Shown here: one piece after another, positions 12,780 through 27,904 of the stretch
How positions within the stretch are numbered: the stretch's first letter is position 1
How the letters are laid out: each line of letters begins with the position of its first letter
NCBI GenBank assembly: GCA_044892525.1
Contig: CM097885.1
Span: 236,222,001 to 236,286,000 of the forward strand
Origin: Schmidtea polychroa
Taxonomy: Eukaryota
Direction: 5' to 3'
DNA length: 64,000 nt
The notes under the pieces: model-generated
Told to the model about the DNA's origin: nothing
Databases searched by the model: none
Seen by the model: the letters and a program-made list of their open reading frames with translations, nothing else
Translations under genes and position numbers: made by a program

Positions 12780-15700
12780 GACCGATACTGAGTTATGACA
12801 AAATGCAAGGTAGACTGAGTACAACTCTTGAAATTCAGGGCTATAGAATGGAATACTCACTAAATACAGGAGCAAGAGTAAATGTAGTGGCAGAAGCAGT
12901 TGTGTACAAATTAGTGAATGTGAAAATCATAAAAACAGATGAGATGTTATGATGTGCAAATGATAGTAAATTAGAGACAATCGGAAAAATACATATTGAT
13001 GTTAGAATTGGTAATATGGAAAGAAAAATAACATTTATAATAGTTAAAAATATTGTTCCAGATATAATAGGCGGAGTGAAATTGCAGAAAGAGTTTGGAA
13101 TTGAATTAAACTACATCAACCAAAATGAAGAAGGATATAATAAATTTGTATGTGAAATAGAAGCTAGATTTGGGGAAAAGATTACAGATAACGAGAGATG
13201 TCAAAAAGCAATAGAAATTCTAAGATTAAACGAAAATAAAAGACTGTTAGAGATTGTTAAAAACAATAAAAGTGTTTTTATGGCTAATAACTGGGATATT
13301 GAATGTACTGATTTAATTGCACATAAAATCATCACAAAAGAAGGGCCAATTATGATAAAACCCAGAAGACAACCCATCAATTTAGAGGAGAAAATAAATG
13401 CTGCTATAAAAAATTTAGAAAATAATGATATCATAAGAAGATGTAATTCACCTTGGAATACGCCGTTAGCATGCGTGTGAAAAAAAGACAAAAAAGATAT
13501 CAGACTTTGTTTAGATTTTAGACAGCTTAATAAAATTACTGAAAGACAAGCTTTTCCTATGCCGAATGTGGAAGAAATTCTAGATACATTACATGGATCT
13601 AAGTACTTTAGTTCTATAGACCTTGGGAACGCTTATTATCAAGTGAAATTGAACATAGAATCGCAAGAAAAACAGCATTTTCTACTAAAGAAGGGCAATT
13701 TTGTTTTAATAGAATGCTTTTTGGCATTGCGGCGGCACCGGGTACATTTCAAGAATTAATGACAAAAATATTGAAAGATCTATGGAAGAAAGGAGTTATG
13801 GTGTATTTAGACGATATTTTAATTTTTACAAGAACAATTGAAGAACATTACAATGTGTTTGGAAAAGTTCTAGAGAAAATAAGGGAAGCTAAATTGAGAA
13901 TCAACCCAGAAAAATGTCAGTTATTAAAGAGCGAAGTAAAATTTTTAGGGCACATTATTAACAGTCAGGGGATTCGGACAGATCAAAGTAAAATTGAGGC
14001 TATTAAATCATTTCAGAGGCCTAAGTGTATAAAGAATTTGAGAAGCTTTTTAGGTATATGTAACTATTATCGGAGATTTATTAAGGAATATGCAACAAAA
14101 TCAAGAGCGCTAGAAAGCATATGTGGAAGCAATAGTGAAAAAATAATCTGGACTGAGGAATGTGAGAAAGCTTTCGAAGAAATGAAAATGGCGTTGACTA
14201 CAGCGCCAATTCTCGTATTTCCAGATTTCAAGAAAGAATTCATATTGGATACAGACGCAAGCTTTGATACAATTGAATCTGTATTATTACAAAGAGATGA
14301 AATGGGGCATGAACACGTTATTGCATATGGATCCCATACAATGAGTAGCCATGAAAGAGGATATTGTATAACACGAAAAGAGCTTTTGGCTATATATTAT
14401 TTCTGTCGCCATTTCAACCATTATTTATATGGTAAACGGTTTGTTTTGCGCACACATCATAAAGCAATAACTTTTATGTTGACGACAAAGAAGCCTATAA
14501 CAGCACAGTTCCAAACGTGGATAAATTACTTGAGCAGTTTAGACATAAAAATGGAGTTCAGAAAAGGTACGGCGCATACAAATGCAGATATGCTGTCTAG
14601 AAATACATGAGGCAAATGTGTACAATGTTTGATGGACCATGATAACCTCAAATCAGGGCGATTAAAAACTAGATTGTTAGCATTGATGACCGAAAATAAT
14701 GGAAATGAATGGCAAAGAGATAATGTAGAAATACAAGAAATAAAAGATCAAATAAATGAAAGGAAAAATAATAAATATATATTAAAAGGAAATATTATTT
14801 ATACCAATCAAAACAAAATATGGATACCAGAAACAAAAAGACGAGAAATGATTAAGGAAACACATTTATTATTATGCCACACAGGAGTAGAAAAAATTAT
14901 GAAATATATTAGGAACAATTTTGATATGGAAGATTTGCTAAAGGAAGTAAAAGAAACTATTTCAATATGTGAAGCATGTCAGAAAAACATAGTTTTAACT
15001 AAAAAGTCAAAAGAAAAAACCCAATTAATTCAAGCTTCAGAATCTATGGAGAAAATATACATGGATATTTGCGGTCCATTAAGAGAAACATTCAGAGGAG
15101 AAAAATATATTTGTGCAATAATCTATCATCAGTAAATACATATCTCTAACTCCTATTAGAAAGCAAGATGAAAATACAATAAAGGCAGTTTTGTTAAATA
15201 ATTGGATATTGAAATTTGGAGCCCCTAAAGAACTACATGTTGATTGTGGAAAGAATTTCGAAGCAAATAGTATATTAAAGAACTAGCAAAGGCAGCAGGA
15301 ATTGAGTTGATATTTTCGAGTCCGTATCATAATAATACTAATGTGTAATTGAAAGACAATTTCGTACTATAAGAGACTATATTAACGCGTCACTCAGAGA
15401 AGGAGTTAAAAAAAGCTGGGCAGAATTATTACCTGATATAGAATACGTTTTAAATGCGATAGCTCAAAAAACTACTGGAGTGAGTCCAGCAGAAATTATA
15501 TTTGGAAGAAAGATTAATAGATCGCAATGGCATAGTAATAATGAAGTGGATAGAAAGGAAATCATGCGGAAATTAGAGGCTAAAAGACAGCAAGCGAAAG
15601 AAATTGGCACAACTAGGAACTTAGAAGTGGGGGACAAAGTATTGGTGAAACAAGAAAGTAAAAACAAAGATCACGAGATATATGAAGGACCTTACCCAGT

Positions 15701-15800
15701 AATAAAATGAAATCATGAAAGAAGTTACTTATTAACAGACGAAAACGGGAGAAAAATAACGAGGAATATAGAAAAGTTAAAGCATTTTAAAGAAGGGGGG
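12780..15800 (+). pseudogene. pol (PR-RT-RH-IN), disrupted
   Basis: ORF-track fragments 13016-15710 with RT, RNase H and integrase motifs. Confidence 0.9.
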
Positions 15801-16863
15801 TGTAAGGAGTTAGAAAACACCTATATAAAATTATTATGGTTAAATGGGAAGAAGTGAGATCAGTTAGTAGAAATAATTATTTCTGTTAAATTTTTATATT
15901 TAAATTCTATATTAAATTATATCATATTATATTAAATTATATTAAATTAAATCAATTAAATGTATGACCAGTAATTACATTAATATTAATAATTATCACG
16001 CCTGGGCTTTGATAGGACCGAACCTTTCCTAAATGTATAGGTATTACATTATAAACTAACGAACTTCCAGATTACGTAGTCTTCAAACTATGATCGTAAA
16101 TCGTAAAAGATAAATATGACGACGGTTTGACGATTTTGTGGTGAAAATGACTTAGAACCCGACCACCGACAGGCAGTGACGAGTGGAGTCGACTTTTGAT
16201 GAAAATCGTCTAACGAGTCACTGAAAATAAAATCCTGATTCCAATCACATAAGTTGCAACGATGATAAATAGTCGGCGAGACTTATCAATTCTTTTTTAA
16301 CATATAGGACATAATAGGGTGTAATCAAAATTGGTTTGGTAATCAATATTGGTGTTGACCTTTTCACTCATAACAAATGAAGCAATAGGACTCGGCAGAG
16401 AATGTGCAACACATTAACCCGGTCGTGTCGATAATTTAAATTCAATTGACAGATGTCAGAGGAAATGAATAACACCATTACTGGATCCGGACGACACTTC
16501 GTGGACTCGACGACAGTATTCAGTTTTTAATATAAATAACTTGATTTATCCTTAATATTATGCTAACTACATTCAAATCTGATTTCATGTCGATAAAAAT
16601 TGGGTTCTTCTAGGTGCAGTATAAGAGATTGTTAATTTTTCAATAAAATAATGTAGTCGAGACATTTCGAAATGCATCTCCGTGACGACAGATGAAGGAA
16701 TCTAAACTGGGGATTCTATTGAACCCAGAATTTATTCCAACTGAAACAATATCATACAATCTAATTGAAAATTCTTGGCTACTCGGTCTAATTAAGTTGA
16801 AATTCCTGTTGGACTAGACAGTATCTTATTTCTGCTTAAATGATAGGGAAACTTAAGGTGCAG

Positions 16864-17705
16864 TGTTGATGGAGGTACCAACACATCACATAAAAAGCTT
16901 AAAGTTATTTAAAATAAATGATAAACACCAAATAAACAAAAATAAATACACAACAAGAGAAAATAAAAATTAAACAAAAATAATAAAATGAGAAAATGCA
17001 AGAAGTTGCACAGGTAACATAGAATAAGGGCATTAAAACAACGAAAAATCATCGCAAAAAAAGACACGAATATACAGAAAAAATACCCGCGACTTAAGGC
17101 GACAATGGTGTATAGAAAGCGATGGATTGACCAACCAGGATCAAAAGAAATAGGAAATGATTAGAAAATAAATCATTAAATTAAAAAGAAAAATTAAAAC
17201 AACCAATCAGAACGATTGGAATTCGGACAATAAATAAAAGATTTAAAAAACTCACAAAAACGTCCTAACTTGATCTAGAAAAACTATATAAGAAGTTGCA
17301 TCCATCGTCATTTTAAATTTTTACAATTCAATTCAGCAAATCTTATTTGAAAATTTATATTCGATTATCGAGCTTTTATTTTCCTTAGAAAAATTGTAAC
17401 CGAAGAACATTTGAATCACTTTGCAGCCCGATAAATCATTCGAAACTTTGTAGCTATTTAATTTCGAAACATTCTGTGGGAATATCATAGTAAATTTTTA
17501 TGAATTTATTTTATATATTATTACGTCATAACATGTAAACTTAAAAAAAATCATTTATTCTTTCGTACTTTTGACAATTAATGTTTTACATATTTATTCA
17601 TTCATCATTTGGAAATTTCGCAATCTATGAATTCATTTTTGTTTATTGATGTTTTCTATAAAGATTTTGGCAGCGACTGGCTTGATATGCTGGTCCATGA
17701 CAAAT
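16864..17705 (+). mobile_element. LTR-like sequence (TGTTG family), 3' end uncertain
   Basis: Starts TGTTGATGG; A-rich tract, CCAAT (~17203), CTATATAAG (~17284); same layout as the TSD-bounded copies. Confidence 0.45.
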
Positions 17706-17731
17706 GAGACGTAATATATAGGGTAATATAT

Positions 17732-17941
17732 GCGGTTTGGTTCATCCCACATCGCCAGCTCTGCTTACCAAAAATGGCCCACTAAACATTTGTATTCAAA
17801 GTACATCTTCAATGAAGAAAGACACAGCTCAAACCCATTTAAAGTTTGAGAATAAGTTGAGAACATTTCGTCCCCAATACTTCTAATCATTCGCTTTACC
17901 AGGTTAAACTACAATCACAAATGTCAGCTATCCTGAGGGAA
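17732..17941 (-). rRNA. 28S (LSU) rRNA fragment, dispersed pseudogene
   Basis: Reverse strand reads TTCCCTCAGGATAGCTG...GGTAAAGCGAATGATTAG...AGTGGGCCATTTTTGGTAAGCAGAGCTGGCGATG, conserved eukaryotic LSU core; flanked by 15-bp direct repeat AATATATAGGGTAAT. Confidence 0.93.
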
Positions 17942-18304
17942 TATATAGGGTAATTGGTAATAGGTAAAACTCTCTTACCCTATCGTCAACATTGGTAAAG
18001 CGTATGCAAGTATTTCCCTTGCTTCAAGACGTTCCTTGGCAACATTGTAAAATTTGTTTTTATCTTCTTTATTTGAAAGATCTACCGGCCAAATTGGCCA
18101 ATCTTCTATGATAAGATATTCACAGACGATTTCATTGCAAACATTTTCCATGAAAAATATGTTGTGATTGTCATTATTCGAATCATGCAAGTAAATGATA
18201 AATGGCTTCACTTTCATCAGACCGTTTGCAAGAGTTTTAAAATATGCTGTGTCAAAATCTATGACTCATTGCATAGGGGCCCAAAATTTCTAGGTAAGCC
18301 ACTG

Positions 18305-18995
18305 AAAACATCGGATTGAAAGATCACTAATTACTGATTAGTTTATCAACTGGGACTTTGAACTGGTTGTTTTTTTACCTTCTTCACAACTTTGTTCAAA
18401 TACTCAAGTAACGTCTTTTCGTTTAATTTTTTCAACTAATTCTTTTCTTCAAATCTTCTCCAACAATTATTCTTCACAAATCGTTTTTCCAATAACGTTT
18501 CGTTCGACTCTGTCTAACTTATCGTCTAAATTTTGTCTCTATTTAGTCTCCTAAATTTGTCTGAATTTTTGTCCACCAGTTTCCCTTTATATAGTTTGTT
18601 TTATTTGTGACACTACAGTCAGATTTTGTTTTCCATTTTCAATTTCCTCTGTGTTCCCCGCTACGTCAGCTTTATCTCTGACAGAAGTCGAGATATTTTT
18701 CAATTTTCCTTTTTTGTTAAGCCGCCTTCTCCCGGCAATTCCGCTATATTTGACAAGCTATCAAGATACGGCTTTTTCCATATTTTGTTTTTCTGCAATC
18801 TGAAATTCCGACTTCGTTTGTACTTTCTAATTAACAATGACCTTTGTTTTAATTTCCTGTTTGTTTTCTTTTATTTGATTTATCTTTCTCATTTTTCATT
18901 TCTTCTTACTTCCGTTTTCTTCGTTTGTCATGACGATCTTCCCTCAAGTAATTTATTTATTTATTATGCTATTTATCATTTAGGTATCCTCAACA
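18305..18995 (-). mobile_element. Truncated LTR-like sequence (TGTTGAGG start)
   Basis: - strand begins TGTTGAGGATACC at 18995, A-rich tract, CTATATAAAGGG at ~18593-18582. Confidence 0.5.
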
Positions 18996-19776
18996 ATTAT
19001 AATCAGATTTATTGTTATTTAGGTTTTGAAAACGAAGCTTAGAAATCCAAAAGTTGGATTAGCTCAATTTTGGAGTAATGGGAAAATGTCTGTATTTGGA
19101 TGTGATACGTAATTTTTTTAACTTTATTAAATATTACTTTAATTAGAATTGAGAATGCAAAGAAAGGTTGCAGGATTCTTGAAAGGCGAATTAAAAAATT
19201 AGGTTACGATGCTAAATTCGAAAATTTTCAAATAGTAAATATTTTGACAAGGCTTCAATTACCTTTTAGAATTCGTATTCATGAAATGGTTAATTGTGAT
19301 CCACTGAAATTCATGTAATAATGTTTTTACTTGTATTTTGCTAAAAACCTTTCATTAGGTATGAACCTGAATTAGATCCCAATCTATATTTTTATCCGAA
19401 TCCGAAAAACCGGGGTAGAAAATTCAATGAATACAAAACTATGGCTAAATTGACAAGTAATGGCAAAGTAACAATACATTGTAAGATATATTTTAATTTT
19501 TAAATAAATCTAATTAAAATTTTATTTATAAATCCTATTGTTGTTTCTTTTAAAAATTCGTATTTTTCAGTTCAATATTTCTTAAAGCTGTAACTTAAAA
19601 GTATGAATTTGGACTTAATACAATTTGAGGGCATATAAATTATATTAACTATCTAGGCTATAAAATAAGGAATTTAAGACTAACAGCATCAGATTATTAA
19701 TATAATATAAAACATCCGAGCCTACTGGAAATCTATGACTATATTTTCATAAATTTTTATAGACTACTCACAAGTA
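18995..19776 (+). pseudogene. Partial duplicate of the TBP-like gene (exons 2-4, no exon 1)
   Basis: Co-linear with 37648-38429 (offset 18653), introns retained; I see 3 substitutions including ILARR->ILERR. Confidence 0.88.
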
Positions 19777-20144
19777 TATAAGTAGAGAGATCGGTAAAGA
19801 TGTGAATATATGACCTTTAAAGGGGATATAGTCAGTTGGATGTTTAAATGGTTGAAATATTTGGTAAGAGATCGGTGGGAATCTTTTGAATATTTAAATG
19901 GGTTCTTATTGGAAATGTTTTAAGGGAAATTACATTAGGGGAAATAGTGAATCAATAATAGTGTGAAATTATATCGTTTTATTAAGTTGTGATGAATGCA
20001 CAGTAAATTAATTTAGATTTGTGGTTTAGAACAAAGTTTTATTTATCAAGGGTTTTATTAAATCGTTTAGGTTTTATTGACGAATTTTTGTTTTGGTTTG
20101 ATATCAACTTTAAATTATTTTATCTTTTTGTAAATGTTATAGGC

Positions 20145-20855
20145 CAACGGTGGGCAAATGCGGCTCTTAGAGCCGCATGCGGCTCTTCGTTGAGTAAACC
20201 GCGGCTCATTGATAATTGAATTCTTGATAATCGAATTCGATTTTATAAATCTACATTTGCATTTTTTGTGAACCCATTTATTTGTGATATTATTGAAGAT
20301 GGATTTCCAATTTCTGAAGTAATACTTGTTAAAAAAGCGGTTGGGGAATTGGAGTTATTAAATATGAAAGAGGACCAGGCTTTGCAAATGCACCATAAAT
20401 CTACTTCTATAGTTAAATTTTGGAAACTCGTAGCAGAGGCAAAATATCCACACTTAAAACAAGCTGCTTGCCGTCTAATTTCAATTTTTGGTACAACATA
20501 TTGTTGTGAATCTTTGTACTCCACAATGAAGTTCGTAAAGTCGAAATATCGTTCACAGTTGACCAATCAGCATCTTACAGAATTGCTGCGAACAGCTTTA
20601 ACAAAGTATACACCAAATTTCAAAGATTTGACCAAAAGTCTTCGTTAATTCAAGAAATTTTATTACTTTTTATTAATGGATTTTTATGTTTGTTACTTAA
20701 TGTTTGAAATAATTATTTTGTTTTTTTTAATAGCGTTTAAGTCTCTTTAATCAAATTAATGAAATAAAAAAAAATATGTACTTTACTATGGTGGCTCTGT
20801 AAAAAATAAATTTTCGGAAAATGGCTCTTATTGAACCCATGCGTGCCCACCCTTG
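20145..20855 (+). mobile_element. Buster/SPIN-type hAT deletion derivative
   Basis: CAACGGTGGGCA...TGCCCACCCTTG; 8-bp TSD TTATAGGC; ORF 20268-20648 is a hAT C-terminal dimerisation domain (FGTTYCCESLYSTMKFVKSKYRSQLTNQHL). Confidence 0.92.
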
Positions 20856-22591
20856 TTATAGGCAGACAAAAGTTGAGAAATATTGACTTAAAACATCGAC
20901 AACAACTAAAATAAATTGTTCTTTATTGGAGGAAATTTATCGGGTGATTTTAAATAGAAATTAATTCGGTTGAATATCAGTAAAATATAACCATTTGAAG
21001 AAGTATATTTTATTGAATGGATAAATTTAATCTTTCAATGTGACCTAGTCGGTTATAAGGGAATTGTAAAGTAATATTTATTTTAAATTTCGAGTAGAGT
21101 GATTTAGAATAAAAATTTAATTATAACGGGTTTTATCAATAGATTTTATAAATTATTTAGGATTAATGACCAAATTATTTTACATGTTTTATAGGGAAAT
21201 ATTTGTGATAAGGGTAAAAATATAGTTATTTAAAGAGATTTTAAGGAATCTTATTGGTCTTGTGAGAATATATGATCTCTTACGAGTACTTATAATTAAA
21301 ATACCAATCTTTAAATATTGATATATTTAGGGTAATTTGATGCTTTTTAGATGATTTTATTGGAGAATTCACTTGGGTATAACAAATGGTAGAATATTTT
21401 CATTTAAATGAATTTAATGGTTTATTAGATGTTATCATTAATGGGCTTTATCAGTCTCTTTTGGAATTTAATGATAATTACTTTTAGTGTAGATTTATGA
21501 CTTTGATAATTATAATGAATTTATACTGAATTTTTTGAATATTTTGAGTAATCAGTCAATCAACTTGAGTATACATGTATAACTTTAAAAAACATAATTT
21601 ATTTAATTTATTTAATCTAAATCAATTATCTACTAGATCTTATTACAAAATTCTTATTAATTTATTATCTTAGACGATTCATATTAACTCGAATGATCAG
21701 TATTTTTTTTATTTACTGGATTATTAATGACTAGAATTTAAAGTTCTTTCTTGTCCATTAATTACATTTTTATTTAGTATGTTTTGAATAATTTAAATTT
21801 TTACAATGATTTAATCAATTTTTACCAAGTTATTGGAAAATCTTGAGCTCAGTTGAAATTTATTAATTTTTCGTCCAATTTTTCAAGTGAAGAGGATTAT
21901 CTTTTAAAAATTTATTTGTTAGTACTTGGTTAATTGAGTTTCGTTGTAGATGATGACAAGAAGATAGTGTATGTGATGAAGAATATTTTGTATTTAATTG
22001 CTATTATTTTTATGTGTTGCTAGTTGGTTATAAATAATTGGTATCTGTTTGAAAGGGCTTAGTACTTGGTTGTAACTAATCGATATTTAGTTGTAATTAT
22101 ATGGTTGTAAACACTTGGTAGTATGTTGTAATGTACTTGAGAGTTGTAGTTTGATATTTGTTAATTTTTTCGATGCGATTTGTTGTCGGTTGTTAGAACA
22201 TGACATCGAGTGGGTTGGTAATCGTTGTAAATACTTGGTAGTTGGTTGTTGTTAGCTAGTGAGGATACATTGTTGATATTTGGTTGATTGTTGGTTTTAG
22301 TATTTAGTTAATGGGTAGGTGGGGGCTGAGTGTGACCAATAACCTTACGACCAGTACCCATAGAGGGTCAAAATATCCTGTAGGATAAACTCAGTGTGCT
22401 GTTTAAAGTAACAAAATCTGGTTTCCTTGCTTTTATAGAATTAGATGATGAAGTCATGAAATCACAAATATTTATTGTGTTTAAAATTACAACTTTTAAA
22501 TTACAACTCAAAAAAATATATTCAAAATCCAGTATTTACATGAAAATAGTAAAACAAACATGATTTGATTTAATCAAATTAATAAAAAATA

Positions 22592-22938
22592 TTAACATGA
22601 AAAATATTGCGATAAATAATGTTCTTCCATCTTTCCACGTTTTTCTTGCAAATGTTTGCTTTCGAAAGTGAATTCAATTTCCCAAAAGCTCAATATTATT
22701 TTCACAATTGTTCCCAATTCTGACTGCACTTCAAGCATTTTAATTTCATCTCCATTTAATATATCACTTTTTACAAGAAAGGTAATTTTGACTAGAAATT
22801 TTATCCATCTTGAAGTCATTTTTCTTGAGTTATCATCATCAAGGATTGGTCCGAGAGTTTTTCTACTAGCAAATGTACTAAGCAATTTCTTTTGGGATTT
22901 GAGAATAATATTACCAACATCTATGCTGCTTGCATCTA
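22592..22938 (-). pseudogene. TNFAIP8/TIPE-like gene remnant or exon
   Basis: IILKSQKKLLSTFASRK...ILDD, WIKFLVKITFLVKSD.LNGDE, ILSFWEIEFTFE resemble TNFAIP8 family motifs (QKKILSKMA, IKIxxKxxxL, SFxEVDFTFD); appears internally deleted. Confidence 0.55.
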
Positions 22939-23097
22939 TAGATTGTTACAAAGCAGCAATATGCAGCGACTCAAATTTGAAAGTGAAATGATCCTTATTC
23001 GCTAAGGATCGCCCATTTACATACAATATAATATAATATAATATAATATTTATATAGATATTGTTAGGGTCGTGTAACGGCTCACTACACTCAGACT

Positions 23098-23473
23098 ATA
23101 TATAATAAAACGAATCAACGATAACTATTTATTGAATGCAATTATTACTTTGCAATAATAAGTCATTAGTAATCAATTAAAAGAATGCTTTGTGAATTAG
23201 AATTCTATATTTTTTCACTGTAATTTTAATTAGATTATTTTCAATTCCATGTGATGTTTTAAAGTTGTTGACAATCTTTCATTATTGATTGTAATTAAAA
23301 ATATTTTTAAATTCTAACAGAAATAAAAATTAATTTATTTAAAAACCATTTGATAAAGTATAATGAAGAATACTTAGTTGGTTATTAGTACATGGTACCT
23401 AGTTGTAAGTATTTGGTACTTATATGTTAGCACCTAGTTAAAAATGTTTAGTAGCTGGTAGTTGGTATCAGAT
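23098..23473 (-). repeat. Diverged inverted copy of 24917-25396
   Basis: GTAGCTGGTAGTTGGTATCAGAT vs ATCTGATACCAACTACCAGCTAC; ATAATAAAACGAATCAAC vs GTTGATTCGTTTTATTAT. Confidence 0.85.
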
Positions 23474-24030
23474 CACCGCGCCGACGAAACCAGTGCCCAT
23501 TCTATGGCGATCTGTCGCAACCATGGCCCCGAAATGTCCTCTTCACCTGTACCTGACGTCATCTTCGTAGGAACCAGCGTACTACTGACTCAACTAACCA
23601 GCGTAACGACGTCACTGATATGCACCAATACATTTCTTCGGGTAAACGACTTATTTTATTAGACAGGATCACTCCAATCCCATGCTCAATCCCCCAATCT
23701 TATCGATCATTATCCACACACGCATGGGCCAAGGATTCATCAACCACACCTTACCCTATTACCACATACCCTATAATGCATCATATCCTCAATCGAGTTC
23801 AATCAAAGTAAAGAAGCAAACCATGCTGAAACCCTGATCGGTGACACGCCACTCTCAAGCTATCTCTAAATACCACCCCAGTTCAAACCGAAAAGATACC
23901 CCACCTCAGAGCATCACCAGTTATCCTAGCTCAGTCTCAAACATTCTCACTTAGACATCATTATACGAACATCCAAGCAACCCTTCTTAATCCAATCCAA
24001 CTGAAGACTTGTACAATGCACTACCTACCC

Positions 24031-24679
24031 CAACGGTTCTTAAACGTGGGTCGCGACCCACCTTTGGGTCGTGGAGCATTTTTTCTTGGGTCGTGGAGCA
24101 TTTTTTCTTGGGTCGCGGAGCATTTTGACAAATTTAATATTCTTTGAAAAATATTTTACATTTCAAGCGAACTTTAGCTTAAAATTTGCATTATAAGAAA
24201 ATTCTTATGACTATTAACCAAAAATAGCTTTTTTTAATGATCATTCAGAAGAAAGTTTAAAAATTAAATTTGTTTATTCTTAAGAGTATGTTTTAAAATA
24301 TTCAATTCAAAAAATTAATACAGAAATTTACATTATTTAAAAAACTGTATTATAACTTTCTATTTAAAAAAATTATTAAAATTGAAAAAAAAATTATTCC
24401 TCATTATGAAAAAGTATGAATATAGAGAAGAATATTTGGATTTGGGATTTACATATATATAGGCCTCAATGTGTTTTATGTGGCACCATTTAAAGTGCCG
24501 AATCAATGAAACCAAATAAATTTCGAAGGCATTTTACGACAATGCACAAAAATTTATAATTTGACGAAAAAGATCAGAATTTTTTTAAATCACAAGAAAT
24601 TTAATAAAAAGGCAATGTTTAGGTGGGCCAGGAAATTCAAGTTTTTTAAATATTACTAAACAGGCATCATTAGAGGCAT
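24031..24679 (+). mobile_element. Charlie/Buster hAT left end with BED finger remnant
   Basis: CAACGGTTCTTAAACGTGGGTCGCGACCC terminus; MKKYEYREEYLDLGFTY..RPQCVLCG...ESMKPNKFRRHFTTMH. Confidence 0.75.
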
Positions 24680-26100
<1,421 letters not shown>

Positions 26101-26171
26101 TATGTTCCATAATACATAATAATTAATTTTTTTAGAAAATAAATTACAAAATATAAAATATATTAGAACAA

Positions 26172-27437
26172 TTAATTGTATTGCAAATATCTTGAAGTTG
26201 AGCTGAATTTAGCGCAATCTTTAATTACTTTTCCTATTGCTTTCAAAAAGTCAATTTCAGTAGCCACCTTTCGCCTCGCTCGAATTGCAAACATGCCAGC
26301 TTCAGTGCAAACACTTTTAATTTCTGCTCCTGTACTTTTTGGACACAATCTCGCCAATAAATCATAACGGATTTCGCTTTCAACTGACATTGATCTCGTT
26401 TGAATTTTGAATATTTTTATTATTCCTTCAAGATCTGGTAATCCAAATTCGACTTTTCTATCAAGTCGACCTGGACGTAATAGGGCTGGATCTAATGTAT
26501 CTGGTCGGTTGGTTGCCATAATGACTTTGATCGCTCCACGGGAATCGAATCCGTCGAGTTGATTGATCAGTTCAAGCATTGTTCGTTGAACTTCATTATC
26601 TCCTCCTGCTTCATTGTCTGACCGAGCACCTCCAATGGCGTCTACTTCGTCAAAGAAAATAATGCAAGCTTTCTTTGATTTGGCTAATTCAAATATTTCA
26701 CGAATTAGTCTTGCACCTTCACCAATATATTTTTGTACCAGTTGCGATGCAATTACTCTGATAAAACAAGCATCAGTCCGGTTAGCTACTGCTCGAGCAC
26801 AGAGAGTTTTACCCGTTCCAGGTAATCCATACAATAAAATACCTTTAGGTGGATCTATTCCTAAATTGATGAATATTTCTGGCTTAAGAATTGGTAGTTC
26901 AACGACTTCTCTCAGCCTTTGAATTTGTTCTGAATACCCACCGATATCAGCATATGTTACATCTGGCTTTTCTTCAACTTCCATCAATGATACAGTCGGA
27001 TCAATTTTAGGTGGCAAAGGCAAAGTAATTTTATAATCTTTTTTACTGATCCCAACTCTCATTCCTTCATTAATATCAGTAGGAGAAAGATCTTCATTTA
27101 AATTGACAATGTATTTACCAAGACCTTCAACGTTTATCATATATTTTGAATTAGTGCTATCGGCATTGATAATTTTGGTGCACCTTCCAACCATCAACGC
27201 TTCATTTTTTTGTTTGTCTGTGGGTAAATCCCAAAATTCAGGAGGAGCAAGACCACAATCTGACTCTGGAATTCCAACTTTAGCTTTGATTTTCTCCAGT
27301 AATAATTTCATCCGTTCTTCACTTGCTTTCACGCTGTCTCGGTATTGTGAATTGGAATAATTGTTGAAAATGGAAATATCCGATTCATCTAAGGCTTTAT
27401 TTGATGAGTTATTGCTGTTGTTTGAATTGTTTGACAT
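26172..27437 (-). CDS. PSMC2: 26S proteasome AAA-ATPase subunit Rpt1 (regulatory subunit 7), intronless, divergent
   Basis: 421-aa intact [30 protein letters not shown], Walker A GxPGTGKT, Walker [21 protein letters not shown]-terminal RYLQYN. Confidence 0.95.
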   Translation of the reverse strand: MSNNSNNSNNSSNKALDESDISIFNNYSNSQYRDSVKASEERMKLLLEKIKAKVGIPESDCGLAPPEFWDLPTDKQKNEALMVGRCTKIINADSTNSKYMINVEGLGKYIVNLNEDLSPTDINEGMRVGISKKDYKITLPLPPKIDPTVSLMEVEEKPDVTYADIGGYSEQIQRLREVVELPILKPEIFINLGIDPPKGILLYGLPGTGKTLCARAVANRTDACFIRVIASQLVQKYIGEGARLIREIFELAKSKKACIIFFDEVDAIGGARSDNEAGGDNEVQRTMLELINQLDGFDSRGAIKVIMATNRPDTLDPALLRPGRLDRKVEFGLPDLEGIIKIFKIQTRSMSVESEIRYDLLARLCPKSTGAEIKSVCTEAGMFAIRARRKVATEIDFLKAIGKVIKDCAKFSSTSRYLQYN

Positions 27438-27904
27438 TGAAAAAATTCTGATGAATAAATTATTAATTATTATGATAATTGATGAGCATTAGGCAATATA
27501 TATTAATTTTAATTAATTTGATTGGATAAATTAGCTATGAAAAAATTAAAACAAAATCAAAAAAATTAAATTCTAAAATTAAATTTTTTAATAAATTAAT
27601 TTCATTACTTTTAAAATTTTTCATTATTTAATTTCTGGTTTCCGTTTATATATTCTATAATAATCGAGCGTTTTACAAGATTTTTAAATAAAACTTTTCA
27701 TTCTGTAAAATTTTCATTTTTAATATTTAAATCAATATTTTGATTTAAAATAATTTTAAACTCGATATTTAAATTTTCATTTTTTTAATAAATATTGAAT
27801 TCTTAAAACTTATTCGATTCTTATTTTTAAAAATTTTTATATCTTTTTCTAAAATTTTTTAAAAGCTTTTTGATTACGTAATTGCTCCAGAGGGCTATGC
27901 TTAT

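Noticed and set aside
17975..18217. 80-aa ORF as a named gene (similarly 46759-47052 and 55981-56400)
   Set aside because: Exon-like but no recognisable family; cannot be supported without a search
26176..27360. + strand ORFs over Rpt1 (and antisense ORFs over gypsy, WFSP, HAGH and RLE regions)
   Set aside because: Shadow frames of genuine coding sequence on the opposite strand
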